Shown here: piece by piece, positions 15,694 through 27,789 of the stretch | How the letters are laid out: the number at the start of each line of letters is the position of its first letter | Position numbering within the stretch: position 1 is the stretch's first letter | From: Mobula hypostoma | Taxonomy: Eukaryota | Direction of reading: 5' to 3' | NCBI RefSeq assembly: GCF_963921235.1 | Contig: NC_086100.1 | Span: 203,734,001 to 203,798,000, forward strand | DNA: 64,000 nt | Notes under the pieces: model-generated | What the model saw: only the letters and a program-made list of their open reading frames with translations | Databases searched by the model: none | Told to the model about the DNA's origin: nothing | Made by a program: the position numbers and the translations under genes

Positions 15694-16410
15694 AATTGAG
15701 ATGTCTGAGTGAATTCTTTCCCACATTCAGAACAGGTGAGTGGCATCCTCCAGTGTGAATTCGCTAATGGATTTTAAAGTCAGATGACCGACTGAATTCC
15801 TTCCCACAATCTGAGCAGGTGAACAGTTTCTACCTAGTGTGATTCGGTAGTGCCTGACAAGGTTGGATGACTGAGCGAATCCCTCCCACATTCAGAGCAT
15901 GTGAATGGCCTCTCCCCAGCGTGAACTCGCTGATGCACCTTCGGTCGAGATGACCAAGTGAATCCCATCCCACATTCAGAGGAGGTGAATGGCCGTTCCC
16001 CAGAGTGAAATCACTGATGTTCCCTTAGTTAAGCTGAATGGGTGAATCCCTTCCCACATTCAGAGCATGTGACTTGCCTCCCCCAGTGTGAAGTTGCTGA
16101 TGTACCTGCAGATGAAATGACCCAGCAAATCCCTTACCACATTCAGAGCAGATGAACGGCCTCTCCCCAGTGTGAACTCGCTGATGTTCCTTCAGTTGAG
16201 CTGAATGGGTGAATCCCTTCCCACATTCTGAGCAGATGAGTGGCCTCTCACCAGTGCGAACCAACTGGTGAGTCAGTAGATGAGAATGCCGAGTGAATCC
16301 TTTTCCACAGTCTGAGCAGGTGAATGGCCTCTCTGCAGTGTGAACAATCTGATGTTCTTTCAGCTGAGATGAACAAATGAATCCTTTCCCACATTCAGAG
16401 CAGGTGAATG
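15694..16410 (-). pseudogene. About 9 further out-of-frame, decaying fingers of copy B
   Basis: Finger periodicity continues past the frameshift (ORF 16025..16264) with stops. Confidence 0.75.
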
Positions 16411-17448
16411 GTCTTTCCCAGTATGAACTCGCTGGTGTCTCTGTAGGTTGGACGATTGAGTGAATCCCTTCCCACAGTCTGAGCAGGTGAACGGCTTCTC
16501 CCCAGTGTGAACTCGCTGATGTAACTTCAGTTCAGATGACCGAGCAAATAACTTCCCACATTCAGAGCAGGTGAACGGCTTCTCCCCAGTGTGAACTCGC
16601 TGATGTATCTGTAGGTCAAAAGAGCAAGTGAATCCCTTTCCACAGCTTGAGCAGGTGAATGGCCTCTCCCCAGTGTGAACTCGCTGGTGTCTCTGTAGGT
16701 CGGACGATTGAGTGAATCCCTTCCCACAGTCTGAGCAGGTGAATGGTCTCTCCCCAGTGTGAACTAACTGATGTTGTAGCAGGTGATTTGACTGAATGAA
16801 TCCTTTCCCACAGTCTGAGCAGGTGAATGGCCTCTCCCCAGTGTGAACTCGCTGGTGACTCTGTAGGTTGGAATATTGAGTGAATCCCTTCCCACAGTCT
16901 GAGCAGGCAAACGGCCTCTCCCCAGTGTGAACTCGCTGATGTAACTTCAGTTCAGATGACCGAGAAAATCCCTTCCCACATTCAGAGCAGGTGAATGGCT
17001 TCTCCCCAGTGTGGACTCGCTGATGTATCTTCAGTCGAGATGACCGAGAAAATCCCTTCCCACATTCAGAGCAAGTGAATGGCTTCTCCCCAGTGTGAAC
17101 TCGCTGGTGTGTCAGTAGGTCAGATAACTGAATGAATCCTTTCCCACAGTCTGAGCAGGTGAATGGCCTCTCCCCAGTGTGAACTCGCTGGTGTCTATGT
17201 AATGTGGACGACTGAGCAAATCCCTTTCCACATTCAGAGCATGTGAATGGCTTCTCCCCAGTGTGAACTCGCTGGTGTGTCAGTAGGTCAGATGACTGAA
17301 TGAATCCTTTCCCACAGTCTGAGCAGGTGAACGGCATCTTCTCAGTGTGAACTCGCTGGTGTTCATTCAGTTCAGATGATTGAGTGAAACCTTTCCTGCA
17401 TTCAGAGCAGGTGAATGGCTTCTCCCTGCGTGAACTCGCTGGTGTCAC
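16360..17448 (-). CDS. Tandem C2H2 zinc-finger protein, 12 intact fingers (copy B); first in-frame ATG at 17337
   Basis: 12 CxxC-x12-HxxxH fingers with TGE(K/R)PF linkers; no KRAB/SCAN visible; frameshifts on both sides. Confidence 0.8.
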   Translation of the reverse strand: MTPASSRREKPFTCSECRKGFTQSSELNEHQRVHTEKMPFTCSDCGKGFIQSSDLLTHQRVHTGEKPFTCSECGKGFAQSSTLHRHQRVHTGERPFTCSDCGKGFIQLSDLLTHQRVHTGEKPFTCSECGKGFSRSSRLKIHQRVHTGEKPFTCSECGKGFSRSSELKLHQRVHTGERPFACSDCGKGFTQYSNLQSHQRVHTGERPFTCSDCGKGFIQSNHLLQHQLVHTGERPFTCSDCGKGFTQSSDLQRHQRVHTGERPFTCSSCGKGFTCSFDLQIHQRVHTGEKPFTCSECGKLFARSSELKLHQRVHTGEKPFTCSDCGKGFTQSSNLQRHQRVHTGKDHSPALNVGKDSFVHLS

Positions 17449-18976
17449 TGTGGCATGGTTGAGTGTGTGAATACCTTTCCACCGTCCGAGCAGGTCAATG
17501 TCCCCTCACTGGTGAATTTTCTGATGTACCTTTATCATCAATAACAGAATGGCTTCCTGCTTGCAGAACAGGTGGAGCATCTCACTATGGTGTGAACTTG
17601 CTGATGTATCTTCAGACTGGATGACTGAGTGGTTCCCCTCCCTCACACAGAGCGGGTGAATGGCCTCTCCCCACGGTGAACTCACTGGTGTGTCTGTGGG
17701 TAGCCTGTGAGTGAATCCCTTCCCACACTGATAGAAGGAGAATGATATCTCACTACAATCAATTCTCTGGCAATTCAGAAAGTCAGACGTTTGAATTCCT
17801 TGTACAATCAATGCAGTTGAAGAACTGATCTCGAGTGAACAAATGCTGGTGTGTTCTCAGCTCCCGGTTCCAGTGAGTTTCACAGAGTGAAAACAGAAAA
17901 CTTCATTTCAGAGACAGAATAAATTACCATCTGGGATGAGATACTTCTTCATCTCCAAGGGTCGACAGCAGATGTTTTGGTGTTGCAAAGAAAATATCTG
18001 GTCACTCCTTAAATATCCAGACAGAGTCAGCAAAACCGATGTGTTATGGTTGTGATTCCCACACACAAGTGTTCTGCCATTTCAAACCTGTAAAAATATT
18101 TGGAAAAGACATCAATGGGTGAAGGACAATATTTCAGGAGAGATTTTAGTCTGTGGTGAGAACATAAGAACATAAGAAATAGGAGCAGGAGTCGGCCATC
18201 CGGCCCGTCGAGCCTGCTCCACCATTGAATAAGATCATGGCCAATCTGACCATGGACTCATCTCCACCGACCTGCCTTTTCCCCACAACCATTAATTCCC
18301 CTACTATGTCAAAATCTATCCAACCTTGTCTTAAATATTTTTACTGAGGTAGCCTCCACTCCTTCATTCATCTCAATCCCAATTTCCCCCGAACCTTGAG
18401 GCAATGTCCTCTAGTTCTAGTCTCACCTACCAGTGGAAACAACTTTTCCTGCCTCTATCTTACCTATTCCTTTCATAATTTTACACATTTCTATATGATC
18501 TCTGAATATGAGCTCTGGCATCACAATTTTACCAAATTCATCTCAAGTTGGGGGTACTCAATTTGAGATATACCCCAGGCTACTGTGGGAAGTGAGGGAG
18601 GAATTTGCTGAGCCTCTGGCGATGATCTTTGCACATCAACAGGGAGAGGAAACGTACCAGAGGATTAGAAGACATTGTTCCCTTCTCAAGAAAGGGAGTA
18701 GAGATAATCCAGGAAATTACAGACCAGTGGTTCTTACTTCAGTGGAGGGCAAGTTGTTGGAGAAGATGCTAAGATGCAGTATTTATTAGCATTTGGAGAA
18801 GCATAATCTGATGTGGGATAGTCAGCATGACTCTGTCTAGGGCAGATCATGCCTTATGAACCTGATTGAATTCTTTGAGGATATAACAAAACTGTGACGG
18901 GGTCCTGAATTACCCCTATGAACTGTGCTTTTGAAAAAAGAGAGAGAGAGAGAGAGAGAGATATGAAGACTGCTTT

Positions 18977-21900
18977 AGAAACCATAGAAAAACTACAGCA
19001 CAGAAACAGGCCTTTTGGCCCTTCTTGGTTGTGCCAAGCCAGTTTCTGCCTAGTCCCACTGACCCGCACACGGACTATATCCCTCCATATACCTCCCATC
19101 CATGTATCTGTCCAATTTATTCTTAAATGTTAAAAAAGAACCCACATTTACCACCTCGTCTGGCAGCTCATTCCACACTCCCACCACTCTGTGTGTGAAG
19201 AAGCCCCCCCCTAATGTTCCCTTTAAACTTTCCCCCCCTCACCCTTAACCCATGTCCTCGGTTTTTTTCTCCCCTTGCCTCAGTGGAAAAAGCCTGCTTG
19301 CATTCACTCTATGAATACCCATCATAATTTTATATACCTCTATCAAATCTCCCCTCATTCTTCTACGCTCCAGGGAATAAAGTCCTAACCTATTCAACCT
19401 TTCTCTATAACTGAGTTTCTCAAGTCCCGGCAACATCCTTGTAAACCTTCTCTGCACTCTTTCAACCTTATTAATATCCTTCCTGTAATTTAGTGACCAA
19501 AACTGAACACAATACTCCAGATTCGGCCTCACCAATGCCTTATACAACTTCATCATAACATTCCAGCTCTTATACTCAATACTTCGATTAATAAAGGCCA
19601 ATGTACCAAAAGCTGTCTTTACCACCCTATCTACCTGTGACGCCACTTTTAGGGAATTTTGTATCTGTATTCCCAGATCGCTCTGTTCCACTGCACTCCT
19701 CAATGCCTTACCATTAACCCTGTATTTTCTACCTTGGTTTGTCCTTCCAAAGTGCAATACCTCACACTTGTCTGTATTAAACGCCATTTGCCATTTTTCA
19801 GCTCATTTTTCCAGCTGGTCCAAGTCCCTCTGTAAGCTTGAAAACCTTCCTCACTGTCCACTACACCTAATTTGCTGATCCAATTTAGAAACATAGAAAA
19901 TAGGTGCAGGAGTAGGCCATTCGGCCCTTCGAGCCTGCACCACCATTCAGTATGATCATGGCTGATCATCCAACTCAGAACCCTGTACCAGCTTTCCCTC
20001 CATACCCCTGATCCCTTTAGCCACAAGGGCCATATCTAACTCCCTCTTAAATATAGCCAATGAACTGGCCTCAACTGTTTCCTGTGGCAGAGAATTCCAC
20101 AGATTCACCACTCTCTGTGTGAAAAAGTTTTTCCTAATCTCGGTCCTAAAAGGCTTCCCCTTTATCCTCAAACTGTGACCACATTATCATCCAGATCATT
20201 GATATAGATGACAAATAACAATGGACCCAGCACTGATCCCTGTGGCACACCACTAGTCACAGGCCTCCACTCAGAGAAGCAATTCTCTACCACCACTCTT
20301 TGGCTTCTTCCATTGAGCCAATGTCTAATCCAATTTACCACCTCTCCATGTATACATAGCGACTCAATTTTCCTAACCTCCCATGCGGGAGCTTGTCAAA
20401 GGCCTTACTGAAGTCCATGTAGACAATATCCACTGCCTTCCCTTCATCCACTTTCCTGGTAACCTCAAAGATCTCCAATAGATTGGTCAAGCATGACCTA
20501 CCACGCACAAAGCCATGTTGCCTCTCCCTAATAAGTCCCAGTCTATCCAAATGCTTGTAGATTCTGTCTCTTAGTACTCCTTCCAATAACTTACCCACTA
20601 GCAACATCAACCTTACCGGCCTATAATTTCCCGGATTACTTTTTGATCCTTTTTTAAACAACGGAACAACATGAGCCATTCTCCAATCCTCCAGCACCTC
20701 ACCCGTACACATCGACATTTTAAATATATCTGCCAGGGCCCCTGCAATTTCAACACTAATCTCCTTCAAGGTCCGAGGGAATACCCTGTCAGGTCCTGGG
20801 GATTTATCCACTTTAATTTTCCTCAAGGCAGCAAGGACCTCCTCCTTTTCAATCTGTACAGTTTCCATGATCTCACTACTTGTTTCCCTTAATTCCATGG
20901 ACTTCATGCCAGTTTCCCTAGTAAATACAGATGCAAAAATCCCATTTAAGATCTCCCTCATTTCTTTTGGTTCCGCACATAGCTGACCACTCTGATCTTC
21001 AAGAGCACCTTATTTGCTTCCTGTTTCTTATACATGTCATACAACTCTCTATTCTTCTTTATCAGAGTTGCAATATCCCTTGAGAACCAAGGTTCCTTAT
21101 TCCTATTCACTTTGCCTTTAATCCTGACAGGAACGTACAAGCTCTGCACTCTCAAAATTTCTCCTTTGAAGGCCTCCCACTTACCGATCACATCCTTGCC
21201 AGAGAACAACCTGTCCCAATCCAGGCTTTTTAGATCCTTTCTCATTTCTTCAAATTTGGCCTTCTTCCAGTTCAGAACCTCAACCCTAGGACCAGATCTA
21301 TCCTTGTCCATTATCAAGTTGAAACTAATGGTGTTATGATCACTGGAACCAAAGTGCTCCCCTACACACACTTCCGTCACTTGTCCTAACTCATTTCCTA
21401 ACAGGAGATCCAATATTGTGTCCCCTCTAGTTGGTACCTCTATATGTTGATTTAGAAAATTTTCCTGAACATATTTTACAAACTCTAAACCATCTAGACC
21501 CCTAACAGTATGGGAGTCCCAATCAATATGTGGGAAATTAAAATCCCCTACCACCACAACTTTATGTTTCCTGCAGTTGCCTGCTATCTCTCTGCAGATT
21601 TGCTCCTCCAATTCTCGCTGACTATTGGGTGGTCTATAATACAACCCCACTAATGTAGCCATACCTTTCCTGTTTCTCAGCTCCACCCATAAGGACTCAG
21701 TAGACAAGCCCTCTAATCTGTCCTGCCTGAGCACAGCTGTAACATTTTCCCTGACAAGCAATGCTACACCCCCACCTTTCATTCCTCTGCCTCGATCACA
21801 TCTGAAACATCGGAACCCTGGAATATTAAGCTGCCAGTCCTGCCCCTCCTGTAGCCAAGTTTCATTAATTGCTATAACATCATAATTCCATGTGTCAATC

Positions 21901-22151
21901 CACACCCTCAACTCGTCTGCCTTCCCCGCAATACTCCTAGCATTGAAATATATACACCTCAGAAGATTTTTACCACCACTCACAACCTTGCTTGCCGCTT
22001 TGCTTGAATTTTTAACATCATTTACTTTCACCCCAGCCACACTGTCAGCTCTGGCACTCTGGTTCCCATCCCTCTGCAAATCTAGTTTAAAGCCTCCCCA
22101 ATAGCACTAACAAACCTCCCTGAAAGGACATTGGTCCCCCTGTGGTTCAAG
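18977..22151 (-). mobile_element. CR1 LINE ORF2 (endonuclease-RT) nested in the LTR
   Basis: ORFs 20958..22079, 20335..20961, 19245..19787; TGCTTT duplicated at 18971-18976 and 22152-22157. Confidence 0.92.
19887..20177 (-). mobile_element. Short CR1 3' fragment nested in CR1
   Basis: RKNFFTQRVVNLWNSLP plus tail; host ccaattt|accacatt rejoins. Confidence 0.85.
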
Positions 22152-24011
22152 TGCTTTGAGAAGGTGTTATGATTTTTCAGCAGCACGTTTACATTTCGAC
22201 AAGGACGTGGCCTGCTTGTACATTCTTACACAGGGAGAGAAGGGAGGAGCTGATTTGAGAGACAGTTGGTACTCAGCATGGGGAGATAAATAGAAGGTCA
22301 GATGATAGACTGGAGACACATGGTTTTTGGACACAGAATGAGCTTTGTTGTGGCCACAGAAAAAGTGGGTTTTGGAGGATTGATCAGGCGGATCAATCAG
22401 TGGCTCTCGCAGTGTGGAGAAGGTGTGACCGGTGGGGAGTTATTTGTGTGTCCAATCCTTGTCTGGGTTGATAGCTCCACCACAGAAGAACGGTCCCCTT
22501 TGCTGTGGTCACAGTTGGTGACTTTTAAAGGATTTTGGAGGACAACGGGAAGATCGATGGCGTCAACTCACCTGAAGATGCAAATTTCTCCCTCCCTCTC
22601 TCTCCATCACTACTCAACTCAATACCACGAACTGAACTGAACTTTACTCATCATCATAAGACTATCTATTTACCCCTACACTTGAAGAAGCTTGGTTTTC
22701 ATATATATTCCACACTTACTTATATATAATCATTGCTAACCTGTTTGATGTATCTGCATTTATATTATTGTATTGCGTAGTTACTAATAAATATCATTAG
22801 TTAATAGCAATACTGGACTCCAAAGTGTTTTCCATTTCTGCTGGTTCTTTAACCCGTCACGGGGAACGTGACAAAATACACTGATGAAGGTAGAGTATTG
22901 GATGTAGTGTACATGGCTTTCAATAAGACTTTTGATAAGATTCCTCATGTGAGGCTCATTCAGAAAGTAATGAGGCAAGTATCCAAGTAGACCTTGCTTT
23001 ATGGATCCAGAATTGGCTTGCCCACAGAAGCCAAAAGGTGGTTGTAGATGGTTTGTAAACTGCCTGGAGGACAGTGACCACTGGTGTTCTGCAGGGATGT
23101 GTTCTGAGACTCCTTCTCTCTGTGATTTTTATAAATGATCTTGATGAGGAAGTAGAAGGGTGGGTTAGTAAGTTTGCAGATGACACAAAAATTGAGGGTG
23201 TTGTGAATAGTCTGGATAGTTGTTCAGAAGCTACAGCAGGCCATCGATAGGATGCAGAACTGGCAGATGGGGATGTGTGCTGTGGTTTATTTCGGTACAT
23301 CAAATATGAAGACAGAATGCAATATTATGTTAGGACTCTTGGCAGTGTGCAGGATGAGGGAGATCTTGGGGTCTATGTCAATTTTACACTCAAAGCTGCA
23401 GCGCTGATCGACACTGTTGTGAATAAAGCCTTCATCAACCATGGAACTGAGTTCAAGAGTGGTAAGGTAATGTTACAGCTATATAAAACCCTCTTTATAC
23501 CCCACTTAAGACTATTACAGGAAGGATGTGGATACTATAGAAAGAGTGCAGAGGAGATTTACAAGGACGTTGCATGGATTGGAGAACCTGCCTTACGAAA
23601 ATAGGTTGAGGGAACTTTGGAGTGACGGAAGATGAGAGGTGACCTGATAGATGTGTATAAGATGATGAAAGGCATTGATCGTGTGGATAGCCAGAGGCTT
23701 TTTCCGAGGGCTGAACTGGCAAACACGAGGGGCATAGTTTTAAGGGGCTTGGAAGTAGGGTCAAAGGGGATGTCAGACGTAGGTTTTTCACACAGAGAGT
23801 AGTAGGTGCATGGAATGCACTGCCAGCAATGATGGTAGAGGCAGATACCATAGAGATTTTGAGAGACTGTTAGATATGTACATGCAGCTTAGAAACAGAG
23901 TGCAATGCAGTTGGGAAATCCAAGGCAGTTTCTAGAATAGGTTACATGGATGGCACAACCTGGGTCGAAGGGCCTGTAATGTCGTAGATTTCTGTTTCTA
24001 TATGCACTCAC

Positions 24012-24177
24012 CTTCTAACAAGGCACGGATCAGACATTCTGACTGACCATCAAATTCTCTGAATGTTTTCCTGTCTGTATGAGAATGGGCTATTTCTGAC
24101 TTCAACCAACCTATGACTTGGCTCAATTTGTCTCTGTCCTTTGGTATTATTTCAAGTTCTGCTCATGTTCCACAACA
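24012..24177 (-). other. Putative non-coding 5' exon of ZNF copy B
   Basis: Acceptor ctctttgtag and donor AG|GTGAGT bracket non-repeat sequence between promoter and finger exon. Confidence 0.5.
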
Positions 24178-24549
24178 CTACAAAGAGCAGTTGTTACTAA
24201 ATGTACGATCCTGGAGATTTACCAATTACTTGGATCGTCTCCCACCAGCTGACTGACAGTGATGAACCCATCGATGGCAATACCAATGAATATAAAGTGG
24301 AGGGCAGTGGTTATTCTCATTGGAGTGCGGCACTTTTGTGATGTGAAAACCACAAGTCACTTCTCATCGAGGCAAAGGTGTTTCATATCATTATTTACCC
24401 AGAGAGAACTGAATCTGACGGAAGGTTTTATTTCCATACAGCACTAATTGACATTCTCACTGACTGGAAGGTAAACTCTTCAGCCGAGATTAACTGGGAA
24501 CTATATTTTTGTTTCGAGTTCATAATCCTCGGATTTACATAGCTGGAGC

Positions 24550-25030
24550 TCGCAGCGTTTGGGAGATACATCCACTCGCCCTTCCTTCGACTGTGTGGGA
24601 CAACGCCGGAACTCACGCCCATGGCTGCCTCTTTACCCAGAAGCCCTCGCGAAGAGAAACCTCCCTGCTCGGCATCGAACGATCCAGGAATGCGCATGCG
24701 CCGCTAAACTGGCGGCGGCGCCACCACCCACGAGTCGAAAGCTGCCTGGGGCCCGGGTACGGATCGTGGGGCTGAGAGAGAGGGAAAAGACCAGGACTGT
24801 CGTGGGGTGCAGCACCAGTGTGGCTGGGAATCACAGTAATTGTCCTTCGGTCGCGTTTCAGACGCCGGTGATTAAAGAGGCCCGCCGGAACGCGCACTTA
24901 CCTGCATCCAAGCGTTGCCGGCCGCTCCTCTACTCCGCGCATGCGCGTTATTCGGGATTGGTCGCGAGGACTACGCATGTGCGTTGGTTTAAACGGGAGA
25001 CTATGCAGATGCGGAAATCCAAAGCAACGC
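24550..25030 (-). promoter_or_regulatory. CpG-rich promoter and first exon of ZNF copy B
   Basis: NRF1-type TGCGCATGCGC 24691-24701 and CGCGCATGCGCG 24936-24947; ATTGG 24957-24961; donor CAG|GTAAGT at 24902. Confidence 0.75.
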
Positions 25031-25220
25031 GCAGAAAATGCTGGAGAAACTCGGGGGGGCGGACAGCAACTATGGAGAGGAGTGAACAGGCGGCGTTTCA
25101 GACTGATACCCTTCTTCAGGACTGGAAAGGAAGGGAGGGAGTCAGAATGTGGGGGGAGATGAGGTGATCGGTGAAAACGGGAGACTGGGAGGAGTAAAGT
25201 CAAGAGCAGTGAAGTTGCTG
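25020..25220 (-). mobile_element. Penelope-like terminal-repeat fragment with decayed hammerhead core
   Basis: Minus strand CAGTC-CTGAAGAAGGGTATCAGTCT-GAAACGCC, homologous to the 32.8 kb element. Confidence 0.55.
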
Positions 25221-25223
25221 GAG

Positions 25224-26645
25224 AATAATAATAATAATAATAATAATAAATATTGATCCTGACTGGGTAATTCTGTCGTTACAGCAGCAATATTTAAAAT
25301 CACACATAGCAGTGTGCAGACTTTACCAAAAATAGAGATAATAATATACACAATAATACTGCACCAATGTATGAAACAGTATTGCAGAGACTATTGAACT
25401 CTGATATGTCGCAGAAAGATGTATTAAATTCACTTTATTTCTTACATCCTTCACATACATGTGGAGTAAAAATGTTTACGTTACGCCTCCGTCTAAATGT
25501 GCAATGTGCAATCATAGTAATTTATAATAATTTATAGTAAACAGAACAGTAAATGTAACATAGAAATACACTCAAATCAGCGTGAGTTAAGCAGTCTGAT
25601 TCCTGGTGGAAGAGGCTGTGGGTGGCAGATTAGCAGATGAACTGTTGGATATGTTTATTGCATTTGATAGGAAAGGTCTTCTGTAACGATCCTTGTGACA
25701 GAGGTGCTGAGTGATTTTGTTCGAAAAGGTGCTCCGCTGCCTATGCGGTAGGTCATGGAGAGGATGTGCCCTATTGTCCGTAACGAATGACCATTTGTTT
25801 AGTGACCTCCTCTCCACCACTAACTCGAAAGACCCCGGTTTTGGCCAAGGACAGTTCCAACCTTTCTGATGAGTTTATTTCGTCTTTTTGCATCACATCT
25901 CCGATGCTGCTTCCCCAGCATAAAGCAGCAAAGACTGCACTCGCTGCAACAGACTGGTAAAAGATCTCCAACATCCTGCCTCACACATTCAAGGATCTCA
26001 GCTTCCTTAGAAAATGGAGTCCGCTCAATCCCTCTTGCAAACAGTCTTACTCTTGGTTTTCCAGTTCATGTCTATTGCTGAGGTGAACTCCTAAGTATTT
26101 GTACTCCTCCACTACCGCAACGTCTTCTCCCAAAATGTATACAGGACTCGTTACCCTCCTCTTCCTCCTAAATCACCATTTCCCTGGTTTTGGACATATT
26201 CAGGAGCAGGTGATTCCTCCCGCACTATTTCACAATCCTGTCCACCAGTCCTCTGTGCTCCGACTCCCGCCCGTCTCTGATGCACCCAACTACCGCAGAG
26301 TTATCAGAGAACTTCTACAAGTGACAAGACTCAGAGTCACATTGAAAGTCTGAGGTGTACAGTGTGAACAGAAACGGAGACAGGACAGTCCCTTGTGGGC
26401 TCCAGTGTCACCCACCTCCACCTCAGGCAGAGAACCACCCAGCGGTACAAACTGGTGTCCATCAGTCAGGAAGGCAGTGATCCAGGAGATAGTGAATTTG
26501 TCTACGCCAATCTTTTGCAGCTTCTTGCGCAGGTGACATGGCTGGACTGAACTGAAGGCACTGGAGAAATTTTTAAAAATGTGATTCTCAGAAGGCCACT
26601 ATCATCATTCAGGTCGGAGTGAGCTCGCTGCAATAGGTAGATGAC
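25224..26645 (-). mobile_element. Rex1/Babar-type LINE with (AAT)n tail
   Basis: MLEIFYQSVAASAVFAALCWGS; 26.2-26.6 kb matches 250-715. Confidence 0.8.
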
Positions 26646-26648
26646 GGT

Positions 26649-27770
26649 GAAACACCCAGGTTCCGTTCGGCTACCTACGCCAGGGAAGACCATCTCTGGC
26701 CCCGCCGAACGTGTGAGCTCACCCGAAACTCCCTGTTTGGGTGGATGCTGCGTGATTTGTTTCCCTGATACAAATCAATACCACGAAATAACAGACTGGA
26801 CACCAAACACAATTGAACGATTGAGCTTTATAATTCCAAATTTGACTAAAGGGTTAGTAAAGAAAACGCAAAAGAAAGGGGGGGGGTCCATTTTAATGAA
26901 ACAGTCTATTGTGCACAAGTTGGAGATCACGGTTTCCCCTTCGCTGCTCCTCCTTCGATCACCCCGGCCTTGGTCGGATCAGTATCTCATTCAGAGACCG
27001 GCCGGTATAATCTGTCCTTCATTCGCACCACGTCGCCACAGAATCCTCTTACTAGGTGTCGGCTCCAGGGCGAGCTCTGGGTCATCCTGCTCCTCTTGTC
27101 CCAGAGGCAGAACGTGGTTCCGATGGTGAATCTTGACAGGCCCGTTCCCATCCTCTGGTTTCACCCAAAAAACTGCTACGTTTAGCATCTGACTCTCCAT
27201 TACACAGGGCGAAGCGACTCAGCGTTCAGCCAGGTAGCCCCAAATCCCTTCTGAGGACTCTGTCTCCCGGCATGAGTTGGGAGATCCTAACGTTTTGATC
27301 ATAGCTCCTCTTATTTCCTTGATTCTGCTAGTTCATAAGACTTTTATCAACCCCCTTCTCATATCAGACACATTCTTCAGATAAGTCTTCGATGGTCGGT
27401 CTTTCTCCTCAGTCCCAAAATAAAGGTCGATGGGCGACATTGCCTTGCGCCCAAACAAGAGATAATATGGCGAGTGCCAGGTAGCTTCTTGTCATGTAGA
27501 GTTGTAGCAGTGGAACAAATGTCCAATATGTTGACTCCAATTGCTCTTCTTACTGATTTCCAAGTTTCCGAGCAAGTCTAGTACGGTCCGATGAAACATC
27601 TCGGGCTGGGGATCACCGTGGACACTCTCTGATCGTTGGCAGGGAAAGCCTGTGCATATCTGGTGTAGTGATCTTTGATGGCTAAGACATTCGTCCTGTT
27701 GCTGGCATTGCGTTCTGTTGACAGTAAATCCCTACACAGCAGATCAAGGGGCCTCACAATTTCTCTTACA
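26649..27770 (-). mobile_element. Deleted Gypsy-type element: integrase C-terminal part and probable LTR piece
   Basis: Minus strand reads NWSQHIGHLFHCYN...SPYYLLFGR and VKPEDGNGPVKIHHRNHVLP. Confidence 0.65.
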
Positions 27771-27789
27771 TTAAATGTACCTTTGAAAC

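Larger units (their letters stand above)
18893..22873 (+). mobile_element. Solo LTR split by a CR1 insertion
   Basis: TGTGACG...GTGACA ends; flanks AAAC/AAAT; empty site seen in the paralog at ~6960; 3' part resembles the LTR at 42922-43753. Confidence 0.82.
18160..24000. mobile_element. Intronic CR1 relic of copy B, interrupted by an LTR
   Basis: Colinear with 6290-8590 once 18893-22873 is removed. Confidence 0.8.

Noticed and set aside
24559..25203. Overlapping ORFs of up to 202 aa
   Set aside because: By-product of GC-rich promoter DNA; they run into a repeat and have no domain
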